64,000 nucleotides of DNA from contig DXZR01000003.1 in the NCBI GenBank assembly GCA_019419555.1, positions 3,851-67,850 of the forward strand, written 5' to 3'. Below are positions 56,041-64,000 of the stretch, piece after piece. The notes beneath the pieces are model-generated. The model searched no databases and was not told where the DNA came from. It worked only from the letters and a program-made list of their open reading frames with translations. Source of the DNA: Collinsella sp. Lineage in GTDB: Bacteria > Actinomycetota > Coriobacteriia > Coriobacteriales > Coriobacteriaceae. Position numbers and translations under genes: made by a program. Each line of letters starts with the position of its first letter. Within the stretch, counting starts at the first letter, position 1.

Positions 56041-57227
56041 TGTCATTCCAGACGACGTATAGCCCCGATGGACGCCTCCGTGTTGCCATCCTGGGTTGTA
56101 CGGGCTCCATCGGCACCCAGGCGCTCGATGTGTGCCGTCAGCATGCCGATCGCCTGCAGGTGACGGCGCTGTCCGTTAACTCCAGTACCTCCGAGCTCGT
56201 TGCCGCTGCCCGCGAGTTCTCGGTTCCGGCGGTTGCCGTGGCCGATGTCGCTCATGGCGATGACGCCGTGCTGCAGGAGTTGCCCGAGGGAACGAAGCTC
56301 GGCGTTGGCGCGCAGGCGGTTTGCGAGCTCGCGCGTCGCGACGATGTCGACTGCGTGCTCGTTGCTATTGTGGGCGCCGCCGGTCTCGAGGCGAGCCATG
56401 CGGCCTTGACCTCAAATAAGCGCCTTGCCCTTGCCAACAAGGAGTCCCTCGTCGTCGGTGGCGACTTGCTTATGCCGTTGGCGCAACCGGGCCAGCTTAT
56501 TCCAGTCGACTCTGAGCACTCCGCCATCTACCAGTGCTATCTGGGGGAGAACCCGCGCGAGGCTCATTGTATTTGGCTCACCTGCTCGGGCGGTCCGTTC
56601 TTTGGCCGCACGCGCGACGAGCTAGATCGCGTGACGCGTGCCGATGCCCTCGCACATCCCACGTGGGCCATGGGTGCTAAGATCACCATCGACTCCGCCA
56701 CCCTCATGAATAAGGGCCTGGAGCGCATTGAGGCCATGCATCTGTTTAACTGCGACCTCGATTTCATTAACGTGGTCGTGCAGCGTCAGTCCAAGATTCA
56801 CTCTATGGTCGAGTTTGCCGACGGCTCCGTGATGGCGCATCTCGGTGCTTCCGACATGCGTATTCCCATCCAGTTCGCGTTCTCGTATCCCGAGCGTTGG
56901 GATACCCCGGCGCCTCGTATCGATTTCCGTGAGCTGGGGCAGCTCACGTTTGATGCTGCCGACATGGATACCTTCCGCTGCCTGGCACTGGCCGAGCGTG
57001 CCGGCAAGACGGGTGGCACCATGCCGTGCGTGCTCAATGCCGCCAACGAGGTCGCCGTCGATGCCTTCCTGCACGATGGCTGCAGCTTTACCGATATCGA
57101 TCGCATTGTGGAATCCTGCATGGATGCCCACGATATGCAGGCGGTCGACTCGTTTGAGCAGCTTCGCGACATCGATGCGTGGGCGCGTGAAAAGGCTGCG
57201 CAGGTGCTCGCCGCAACCCGTTCCTAA
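56040..57227 (+). CDS. dxr: 1-deoxy-D-xylulose 5-phosphate reductoisomerase
   Basis: VAILGCTGSIGTQALDV, LANKESLV, PVDSEHSAI, HPTWAMGAKITIDSATLMNKGLE. Confidence 0.96.
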   Translation: MSFQTTYSPDGRLRVAILGCTGSIGTQALDVCRQHADRLQVTALSVNSSTSELVAAAREFSVPAVAVADVAHGDDAVLQELPEGTKLGVGAQAVCELARRDDVDCVLVAIVGAAGLEASHAALTSNKRLALANKESLVVGGDLLMPLAQPGQLIPVDSEHSAIYQCYLGENPREAHCIWLTCSGGPFFGRTRDELDRVTRADALAHPTWAMGAKITIDSATLMNKGLERIEAMHLFNCDLDFINVVVQRQSKIHSMVEFADGSVMAHLGASDMRIPIQFAFSYPERWDTPAPRIDFRELGQLTFDAADMDTFRCLALAERAGKTGGTMPCVLNAANEVAVDAFLHDGCSFTDIDRIVESCMDAHDMQAVDSFEQLRDIDAWAREKAAQVLAATRS

Positions 57228-57237
57228 CCCATAAGGA

Positions 57238-58614
57238 TTGCTTTTTCGTTTTATGGATACTGTTCTGAGCGTTCTCTCATCGGTCTTTTGGGGCCTGCTG
57301 ATGCTTTCCGTCCTCGTGTTTTTGCACGAGGGCGGCCACTTTTTGGCGGCGCGTGCCTGCGGCGTCCGTGTGACCGAGTTCTTTTTGGGCTTGCCGTGCC
57401 GCTTTGACATCCATCACACGTCGCGTCGCATTGGAACCAAGTTTGGCGTGACCCCGCTGCTGCTGGGTGGCTACGCTGCCATCTGCGGTATGGATCCGAC
57501 CGATGTCTCCTGCGCCGATCGCGTGCTCGCGGCTATCTATCGTCATGGTCGCGTGACCGTGGGCGACCTTGCTGTCGAGCTCGAGCTATCCGAGGAGGTT
57601 GTGCTCGAGGCATGCGCCTTGCTCTTGGGTTGGGGCTCTATCGCGCCTTGGTATGAGGAAGGGGAGAAGCCCTCGCCGAGCTACTATCCCACCAAGTATC
57701 AGACGCTGCCGCGAGACGCGGCGGGTTACACCACCTTTGACGGCCGCCGTTTCGATCGAGAGCATGCGACTACCGAGGGCGATGTGTGGGAGCTGCCGTG
57801 CGGCGAAGCCGAGTTCCTTGCGCAAGAGCGTTCGCATACCTATCTGGGCCAGGGTTTTCTCAAGCGCGCCTTTATGCTGCTCGCGGGCATTCTCGTCAAT
57901 ATCCTGACGGGCTTTTTGCTGCTTATGAGCATCTACTCTATTGCGGGTGTCACCGTGCCGATGGATACCAACGTGATCGGTCAGGTTGACGAGGGGTCTA
58001 TTGCCGCCAAGGCGGGTATCGAGGGCGGCGACGCGATACTTTCGGTTGACGGAGTATCGTGCTCTACCTGGATGGACGTTTACGATGCCATCGGCAAGGC
58101 CGCCGGTAAGGACGATATCGCCATTGAGTATGAGCGCGACGGCAAGCAGCATTCGACCTCGGTTGCGCTCAAAGAGGACGAGCGCCTAGGTGTGTATGCC
58201 TCTACGCAGGTGGTCCGTTTAGACCCCATCACGTCGGCTCGCCTTTCGTTCTCCTATGTCGTGCAGACAGCGGAGGGCGTGATGCGCCTGCTCCAGCCGC
58301 AGCATACGATGGAGATTCTCGATCAGTCTTCTTCGATCGTGGGCATTAGCGTTATGTCCTCACAGGCTGCTGCTGCCGGCCCTGCCACGTTCCTTTCGTT
58401 TGCCGCCCTCATTTCGTTCTCGCTTGGCTTTATGAACCTGCTGCCCATCCCACCACTCGATGGCGGCAAGCTGGTCATCGAGATCATTCAAAAGATTGCT
58501 GGCCGCGAGCTTCCGCTCAAGGTCCAGACGATTGTGAGCTATGTGGGCATCGCGCTCTTTGCGCTGCTGTTTGTCTATATGCTTCGTTCCGACGTCCTTC
58601 GATTTATCCTGTAG
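57238..58614 (+). CDS. rseP: site-2 (RIP) zinc metalloprotease RseP/Rip1, M50 family with PDZ domain
   Basis: HEGGH zinc motif (VFLHEGGHFLAARACG), PDZ (GSIAAKAGIEGGDAILSVDG), NLLPIPPLDGG. Start ambiguous (TTG 57238 or ATG 57253). Confidence 0.9.
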   Translation: MLFRFMDTVLSVLSSVFWGLLMLSVLVFLHEGGHFLAARACGVRVTEFFLGLPCRFDIHHTSRRIGTKFGVTPLLLGGYAAICGMDPTDVSCADRVLAAIYRHGRVTVGDLAVELELSEEVVLEACALLLGWGSIAPWYEEGEKPSPSYYPTKYQTLPRDAAGYTTFDGRRFDREHATTEGDVWELPCGEAEFLAQERSHTYLGQGFLKRAFMLLAGILVNILTGFLLLMSIYSIAGVTVPMDTNVIGQVDEGSIAAKAGIEGGDAILSVDGVSCSTWMDVYDAIGKAAGKDDIAIEYERDGKQHSTSVALKEDERLGVYASTQVVRLDPITSARLSFSYVVQTAEGVMRLLQPQHTMEILDQSSSIVGISVMSSQAAAAGPATFLSFAALISFSLGFMNLLPIPPLDGGKLVIEIIQKIAGRELPLKVQTIVSYVGIALFALLFVYMLRSDVLRFIL

Positions 58615-58627
58615 GGGAGTGTTTGGA

Positions 58628-59710
58628 TTGTCTTTATCCCATCCTTTGCCTCGCGAGTTGACGCGCCCCGTGCATGTGGGCGGTGTGCTGATCGGTGGCG
58701 GCGCGCCGGTGGTGGTCCAATCCATGACCTGCACCGATACCGCTGACGCCCAGGCAACGCTTGCGCAAGTGTGCGCGTTGGCGCAGGCTGGCTGCGATAT
58801 CGTGCGTGTGAGCGTGCCCACCGAGGCCGCGCTTGAGGGTTTCCGCACCATCTGTGCCGAGTCTCCGGTGCCGATCGTCGCCGATATTCACTTTAACCAT
58901 AAGCTCGCCATCGGCGCCGTCGAGGCTGGTGCCGCCAAGCTTCGCATCAATCCCGGCAATATCGGCGATTGGGCTAAGGTCGATGCCGTGATCGATGCCG
59001 CGGGCGCCGCTGGGTGCGCGATTCGTATCGGCGTCAATGCCGGTTCGCTCGAGCAGGATATCGCCGAGCGCGACGACCTCACGCAGCCCGAAAAGCTCGT
59101 GATGTCGAGCGAGCGCTTCGTCAAGCACTTTGAGGACCGCGGTTTTACGAACATTGTGCTTTCGGCCAAGGCCCATAGCGTGCAAACGACGCTTGATACC
59201 TATCGAGCCCTGTCGCGTGAGATTCCCCACGTTCCGCTTCACCTGGGCGTGACGGAGGCGGGGACCAAGCTCCAGGGCACCATCAAGAGCTCTGTAGGCT
59301 TGGGTATCTTGCTTTCCGAAGGCATTGGCGACACCATGCGTGTGTCGCTCACAGCCGATCCGGTTGAGGAGCCGCCGGTTGCCTGGGGTATTCTGCAGTC
59401 GTTGGGCTTGCGTCGCCGTGGCCCCGAGATTGTCTCGTGCCCCACATGCGCCCGCTGCCAGGTTAACCTTATTCCCATTGCCGAGGAGGTTACCGAGCGG
59501 CTTAAGAACTACTCCGCGCCGCTTTCGATCGCTGTGATGGGATGTGCCGTTAATGGCCCCGGCGAGGCTTCTGATGCCGATCTGGGCGTTGCTTGCGGAC
59601 GTGGTCAGGCCTTGCTCTTTTCGCATGGCCAGATCATTGGTAAAGTAGCTGAGAACCAAATTGTCGACGCGCTTATGGCCGAGGTTGACAAGCTTATTGA
59701 GGAGAAATAA
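58628..59710 (+). CDS. ispG: 4-hydroxy-3-methylbut-2-en-1-yl diphosphate synthase
   Basis: VGGVLIGGGAPVVVQSMT, ADIHF, RINPGNIG, CPTCARC..GCAVNGPGE. Start chosen at TTG 58628 after the rseP stop (track ORF opens at 58541 inside rseP). Confidence 0.93.
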   Translation: MSLSHPLPRELTRPVHVGGVLIGGGAPVVVQSMTCTDTADAQATLAQVCALAQAGCDIVRVSVPTEAALEGFRTICAESPVPIVADIHFNHKLAIGAVEAGAAKLRINPGNIGDWAKVDAVIDAAGAAGCAIRIGVNAGSLEQDIAERDDLTQPEKLVMSSERFVKHFEDRGFTNIVLSAKAHSVQTTLDTYRALSREIPHVPLHLGVTEAGTKLQGTIKSSVGLGILLSEGIGDTMRVSLTADPVEEPPVAWGILQSLGLRRRGPEIVSCPTCARCQVNLIPIAEEVTERLKNYSAPLSIAVMGCAVNGPGEASDADLGVACGRGQALLFSHGQIIGKVAENQIVDALMAEVDKLIEEK

Positions 59711-61432
59711 ATGACCCGAGCAATGTATATGTCTAAGCTTTATGCGCCGACGCTTAAAGAGGATCCGGCGGACGCTGAGCTCGCCAGCCACCGTCTGCTG
59801 CTCCGTGCCGGCATGATCCGCAAGGAGGCCGCCGGTCTATATTCCTACCTGCCGCTTGCTTGGCGCTCGATTCGCAAGATCGAGAACATCGTGCGCGACG
59901 AGATGGACGCCGCCGGCGCCCAGGAGCTTATGATGCCTATCATGGTCGATGCCGAGTTGTGGCGTGAGTCCGGCCGCATCGACGCCTATGGCAAGGAGCT
60001 TGTGCGCTTTGACGACCGTCATGGTCGCGAGTTCGTCCTGGGCCCCACGCACGAGGAGACCGTCACGGCCCTGGTGCGCAATGAGCTGCGCTCCTACAAA
60101 CAGCTGCCCGTCAACCTGTACCACATTCAGGACAAGTTCCGCGACGAGTTCCGTCCCCGCTTTGGCCTGATGCGCGGTCGCGAGTTCATCATGAAGGACG
60201 CCTACAGCTTCTCCGCCACGCAGGAGAGCCTGCAGGAGGAGTATGACAAGATGAAGCAGGCCTACGCTAACATCTGCGAGCGCTGCTATATCAAGGCCCT
60301 GCCCGTTGTTGCCGACTCCGGTGAGATCGGTGGCGATACTTCCGTCGAGTACATGGCTTTGGCCGACGCCGGCGAGGCTTCGCTCGTCTACTGCGACGAT
60401 TGCGGCTTTGCTGCCGATGACGAGGCGGCAAGCACCAAGGTCGTCGTGACCGAGGGTCCTGGTGACGGTACGCTCACCAAGGTTGAGACTCCGGGCATGG
60501 GCACCATTGAGGCAGTTGCTAAGTTCTTTGGGTTCCCCGAGAACGGCACTCGCAAGTCGCTGGCACTCATCGACGCCGAGGGCAAGCCGGTCGTGGCCAT
60601 TGTTCCGGGCGATCACGAGCTCAACGATTGCAAGGCCGAGCACGTCTTTGGCAAGGGCTATCGCATGATGACCGACGAGGAGCTTCAGGCGAACGGTCTG
60701 CACAAGGGCTTTATCGGACCGGTTAACCTGCCCGATGGCATTCGTCTGGTGTGCGACGAGAGCCTGCGCGATTCCAAGCAGTGGGCCTGCGGTGCCAACG
60801 AGGTCGATTATCACTTTACCGGTGCCTGCCCCGAGCGCGACTTTACCGTCGATGAGTGGGCCGATCTGGTCACCGTTGTCGCCGGCGACCCCTGCCCGCA
60901 CTGCGGCAAGCCGCTCTCCGCTGCCCGCGGCATCGAGGTCTCTCAGGTCTTCCAGCTGGGCACCAAGTATTCCGAGGCCATGGGTGCCACCTTTATGGAC
61001 GAGGACGGCAAGGAGAAGCCGCTCATCATGGGCTGCTACGGCGTGGGTGTGTCCCGCTCGCTCGCTGCCGTCGTGGAGCAGCACAACGACGAGCACGGTA
61101 TCGTCTGGCCGGTCTCCGTTGCCCCGTACGAGGTCGCGGTGATTCCGCTCGATCCCAAGAAGGAGGAGTGCGCTACCGTCTGCGAGCAGATCGTTGATGG
61201 CCTGTGCGCCGAGGGTATCGAGGTTGTCGTCGACGACCGCGACGAGCGTCCCGGCTTTAAGTTTGCCGACAACGACCTTATGGGCTTCCCGTATCAGGTC
61301 GTTCTGGGTAAGCGTGGCCTTAAGAATGGCACCGTTGAGCTCAAGGACCGTGCCACGGGTGAGCGCGAGGATGTGGCGATCGACGAGGTCGTCGCCAAGG
61401 TCGCCGAGCTTGTGAAGGCAGCACGCCGTTAA
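59711..61432 (+). CDS. proS: proline--tRNA ligase (bacterial type with INS editing domain)
   Basis: PTLKEDPADAELASHRLLLRAGMIRK, RPRFGLMRGREFIMKDAYSF, GCYGVGVSR. Start could also be ATG 59723 or 59729. Confidence 0.95.
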   Translation: MTRAMYMSKLYAPTLKEDPADAELASHRLLLRAGMIRKEAAGLYSYLPLAWRSIRKIENIVRDEMDAAGAQELMMPIMVDAELWRESGRIDAYGKELVRFDDRHGREFVLGPTHEETVTALVRNELRSYKQLPVNLYHIQDKFRDEFRPRFGLMRGREFIMKDAYSFSATQESLQEEYDKMKQAYANICERCYIKALPVVADSGEIGGDTSVEYMALADAGEASLVYCDDCGFAADDEAASTKVVVTEGPGDGTLTKVETPGMGTIEAVAKFFGFPENGTRKSLALIDAEGKPVVAIVPGDHELNDCKAEHVFGKGYRMMTDEELQANGLHKGFIGPVNLPDGIRLVCDESLRDSKQWACGANEVDYHFTGACPERDFTVDEWADLVTVVAGDPCPHCGKPLSAARGIEVSQVFQLGTKYSEAMGATFMDEDGKEKPLIMGCYGVGVSRSLAAVVEQHNDEHGIVWPVSVAPYEVAVIPLDPKKEECATVCEQIVDGLCAEGIEVVVDDRDERPGFKFADNDLMGFPYQVVLGKRGLKNGTVELKDRATGEREDVAIDEVVAKVAELVKAARR

Positions 61433-61462
61433 TCGACGATTTCGCTTGTAGTTCGATATACG

Positions 61463-61512
61463 GGACGGCCCCGCATTTCTCCAGATCGGGGAGATGCGGG
61501 GCCGTCCTTTTA
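61463..61512 (+). terminator. long-stem intrinsic terminator after proS
   Basis: GGACGGCCCCGCATTTCTCC-loop-GGAGATGCGGGGCCGTCC followed by TTTTATC. Confidence 0.8.
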
Positions 61513-61538
61513 TCTTGTGGCATCCTCGATATCTAAAA

Positions 61539-61577
61539 GGAAAACCCCACAGCCCATGAGAGCTGCGGGGTTTTCCT
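61539..61577 (-). terminator. intrinsic terminator of the convergent kinase-like gene
   Basis: On the minus strand GGAAAACCCCGCAGC-loop-GCTGTGGGGTTTTCC followed by TTTTAG. Confidence 0.7.
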
Positions 61578-61610
61578 TGTGCCTCCGATGCGAAATAAAT
61601 CGCTCAGATA

Positions 61611-62375
61611 TTACTGATAATCGACGACGTCGATCCAGTTCTTCAGGAACTCATCGTTCACGTTGCGCTTACGAGCGAGCTCGGAAGCGGCGACGATGCT
61701 CGTCCACTGACGTACGACCTGCATGGGCATGTCGGCGCGGTCGCAGTAGAGCTCCAGGTAGGCCTCAGCCTGATCCTTGCTGTTGAGGGCAAAGAGCAGG
61801 TAGGTGGTGGCAACGTCGGCAGCAGGGGAGCCCTGGGTGGCGTGTGCCCAGTCGCACACATAGAGCTGGCCGTCGTCGCCGACGATGACGTTGGAGGGGT
61901 TGAAATCGCCGTGGCAGACCTTGAACTCCTTGGTCATGCCGTCCAGACGCTCCTGAAGGTTGTAGCGCGTGGTGGCATTGAGCTGATCAAGGCTGTCGAT
62001 CATGCGGGCGTACTTGTCGCGCTGACGGTTGAGCAGCGGGGAGGTGTAGCCGTGGATCTCGATCTGGAGGTCGACGAACATCTCGAGGTACTCACCAAAG
62101 CGCTGGGGCTCGGCAGTCATCTTCTCGGCGAGGGTGGTGCCCGGAACCTTCTCGGTCACGAGCGCCCAGCCGTTGGCGTTCTCGAGCTGGGAAACCTCGA
62201 GCGCCTTGGGGCTGCGGATGCCGCACTCATTGATGCGGGCAAGATTCAAAGCCTCGTTGAACACGTCGGAGACAGGCTTGGTCTCGTTAAAGACCTTGAC
62301 AATCTTGTCGCCCAGGTCGTAAACGACCTTGTTGCCACGGCGGACGAGCTCGGTCTTGGAATCGGGTAGCAGCAT
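61611..62375 (-). CDS. aminoglycoside phosphotransferase / choline-kinase family small-molecule kinase (substrate unknown)
   Basis: Protein-kinase-like fold: KVVYDLGDKIVKVF (Lys), Brenner motif VCHGDFNPSNVIV, metal-binding VCDWAHA. Confidence 0.8.
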   Translation of the reverse strand: MLLPDSKTELVRRGNKVVYDLGDKIVKVFNETKPVSDVFNEALNLARINECGIRSPKALEVSQLENANGWALVTEKVPGTTLAEKMTAEPQRFGEYLEMFVDLQIEIHGYTSPLLNRQRDKYARMIDSLDQLNATTRYNLQERLDGMTKEFKVCHGDFNPSNVIVGDDGQLYVCDWAHATQGSPAADVATTYLLFALNSKDQAEAYLELYCDRADMPMQVVRQWTSIVAASELARKRNVNDEFLKNWIDVVDYQ

Positions 62376-62408
62376 GGTTGCATCCTTTCAACGATGCGAT
62401 AGAAGCGA

Positions 62409-62445
62409 CGGCGGGGGTGTGTGAAACACCCGTGCACCCCCGCCG
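62409..62445. other. GC-rich hairpin between adhE and the kinase-like gene
   Basis: CGGCGGGGGTG-15 nt-CACCCCCGCCG; on the transcribed (minus) strand the T-run precedes rather than follows the stem. Confidence 0.5.
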
Positions 62446-62464
62446 CAAAAAACCGTGCTAAAAA

Positions 62465-64000
62465 CTAGCAGACGGCGTAGTCCTGGGGCTCGCGGCCGTA
62501 GTAGGCGTCCAGGTAGAGCTCCTTGATCTCGCTCATGAGCGGGTAGCGCGGGTTAGCGCCGGTGCACTGGTCGTTGAATGCCTGCTCGGTCATCTCGTCG
62601 AGGGTGTCGAGGAAGTACTGCTCGTCAACACCGTAGTCGGCGATGGTCTTCTTGACACCGATGAAGTCCTTGAGCTCCTCGAGCTTCGTGATGAAGTTCT
62701 CGAAGACCTCCTTGTCGTCCTTGCCCTCGATACCGCAGTACTTGGCCATCTCGGCGTAGTTGTGCAGCGCGTTGGGGTAAGGATACTGGGAGAAGGTACC
62801 CATCTTGACGGGAGCCTCGGCGGCGTTGTAGCGCATGACGCGGGTCAGGATGACGGCGTTAGCGATGCCGTGGGGCAGGTGATGGAAAGCGCCGAGCTTG
62901 TGAGCCATGGAGTGGTTGAGGCCCAGGAAGGCGTTGGCGAAGGCCATACCGGCCATGCAGGAGGCGTTGTGCATCTCCTCGCGGGCGTGCGGGTCCTTGG
63001 CGCCGTTCGTGAAGCTGGAGGGCAGGTTCTCAAAGACGAGCTTGGCAGCGCGCTCGGAGAGGCCCTTGGTGTAGTCGGAAGCCATGATGGAGACGTAGGA
63101 CTCGATGGCGTGGGTCATGACGTCGATGCCGGAGGCAGCGGTCAGGCCGCGCGGGGCGGTCATGCAGTTGTCGGCGTCGACGATAGCCATGTTGGGGAGC
63201 AGCGCGTAGTCGGCGAGCGGCCACTTGATGCCGGTCTCCTTGTCGGTGATGATGGCGAACGGCGTGCACTCGGAGCCGGTACCCGAGGAGGTCGGGACGG
63301 CGACGAAGTAGGCCTTCTTGCCCATCTCGGGGAAGGTGAAGATACGCTTGCGGATGTCCATGAAGTCCATGGCCATGTCCTCAAACTTGCACTCGGGGTG
63401 CTCGTACATCATCCACATGATCTTGCCGGCGTCCATAGCTGAGCCACCGCCGACGGCGATGATGACGTCCGGCTCAAAGAGAGCCATCTGCTTGGCGCCG
63501 CGACGTGCGCACTGCAGCGACGGATCGGGCTCGACGTCGTAGAAGCAGTCGTGGGCGATGCCCATCTCGTCGAGCTTGGCCTCGATGGCGCGGGTGTTGC
63601 CATTCTTGAAGAGGAACTGGTCGGTAACGATGAAGGCGCGCTTCTTTCCCATGACGTTGCCCAGCTCGTCGAGGGCGACGGGCGTGGAACCCTTCTTGAA
63701 GTAGACCTTCTCGGGAGCGCGGAACCACAGCATGTTCTCACGGCGCTCGGCCACAGTCTTAACGTTGATCAAGTGCTTCACCCCAACGTTCTCGGAGACG
63801 GAGTTGCCGCCCCAGGAGCCGCAGCCCAGGGTCAGAGACGGCTTCATGCCAAAGTTGTACAGGTCACCGATGCCGCCGTGCGAGGACGGGGTGTTGATGA
63901 CGATACGGCAGGCCTTCATGACGTGCTCGAACAGGCTGATCTTCTCGGCCTGGGCGGGGTGCACGTACAGAGAGGCGGTGTGGCCCGGGCCACCGGCGAG
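62465..64000 (-). CDS. adhE: bifunctional aldehyde/alcohol dehydrogenase AdhE, C-terminal (iron-ADH) part; 5' end outside window
   Basis: Frame open to base 64000 (..LAGGPGHTASLYVHPAQ..); linker plus Fe-ADH domain: AVGGGSAMDAGK, PTSSGTGSE, HSMAHKLGAFHHLPHG. Confidence 0.93.
   Translation of the reverse strand, partial: LAGGPGHTASLYVHPAQAEKISLFEHVMKACRIVINTPSSHGGIGDLYNFGMKPSLTLGCGSWGGNSVSENVGVKHLINVKTVAERRENMLWFRAPEKVYFKKGSTPVALDELGNVMGKKRAFIVTDQFLFKNGNTRAIEAKLDEMGIAHDCFYDVEPDPSLQCARRGAKQMALFEPDVIIAVGGGSAMDAGKIMWMMYEHPECKFEDMAMDFMDIRKRIFTFPEMGKKAYFVAVPTSSGTGSECTPFAIITDKETGIKWPLADYALLPNMAIVDADNCMTAPRGLTAASGIDVMTHAIESYVSIMASDYTKGLSERAAKLVFENLPSSFTNGAKDPHAREEMHNASCMAGMAFANAFLGLNHSMAHKLGAFHHLPHGIANAVILTRVMRYNAAEAPVKMGTFSQYPYPNALHNYAEMAKYCGIEGKDDKEVFENFITKLEELKDFIGVKKTIADYGVDEQYFLDTLDEMTEQAFNDQCTGANPRYPLMSEIKELYLDAYYGREPQDYAVC

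Overview
GC-rich (about 60% or more by eye) chromosomal window, almost entirely core housekeeping DNA of a Gram-positive actinobacterium. The order rpsP-KH-rimM-trmD-lepB ... rplS-rnhB-yraN-comM-dprA-trmFO-xerC-rpsB-tsf-pyrH-frr-uppS-cdsA-dxr-rseP-ispG-proS is the classical actinobacterial arrangement. Two-subunit GlyRS, PPDK with its regulator, TrmFO and AdhE suggest an anaerobic Coriobacteriia-like organism (inference only). I call 60 protein genes, 2 tRNA-Arg genes, one repeat family and a set of hairpin terminators and promoters. Main blocks: (1) 1-3252, cell-envelope glycan genes (rmlD end, GT2, ABC-2 exporter). (2) 3488-12072 minus strand, a complete shikimate plus Phe/Tyr operon (aroF-tyrA-aroB-aroA-aroC-pheA-aroE/K-aroQ) bracketed by two tRNA-Arg genes. 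(3) P-type ATPase, Zn-ribbon protein, cyclophilin, TPR membrane protein. (4) mreBCD-pbp2-rodA plus an unknown gene. (5) An uncharacterised radical-SAM pair, then rplU-rpmA, obg-nadD-yqeK-rsfS. (6) A low-GC RAYT-type transposase with REP-like palindromes, then dinB. (7) The long translation, recombination and isoprenoid block. (8) An APH-like kinase and the 3' part of adhE. The six-frame track is full of long antisense shadow ORFs typical of high-GC DNA; these are rejected. I found no CRISPR array, defence island, prophage, toxin-antitoxin pair or biosynthetic cluster. The best candidate for something undescribed is the REP/RAYT-like system, whose repeat also sits inside the aro operon. Behind it are a few conserved genes of unknown function: a DUF697-like gene after rodA, the radical-SAM pair, and the Zn-ribbon and TPR membrane proteins. 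CDS ends come from the ORF track, with starts re-chosen by homology and RBS. Non-CDS coordinates were counted by hand and may be off by 1-2 nt.
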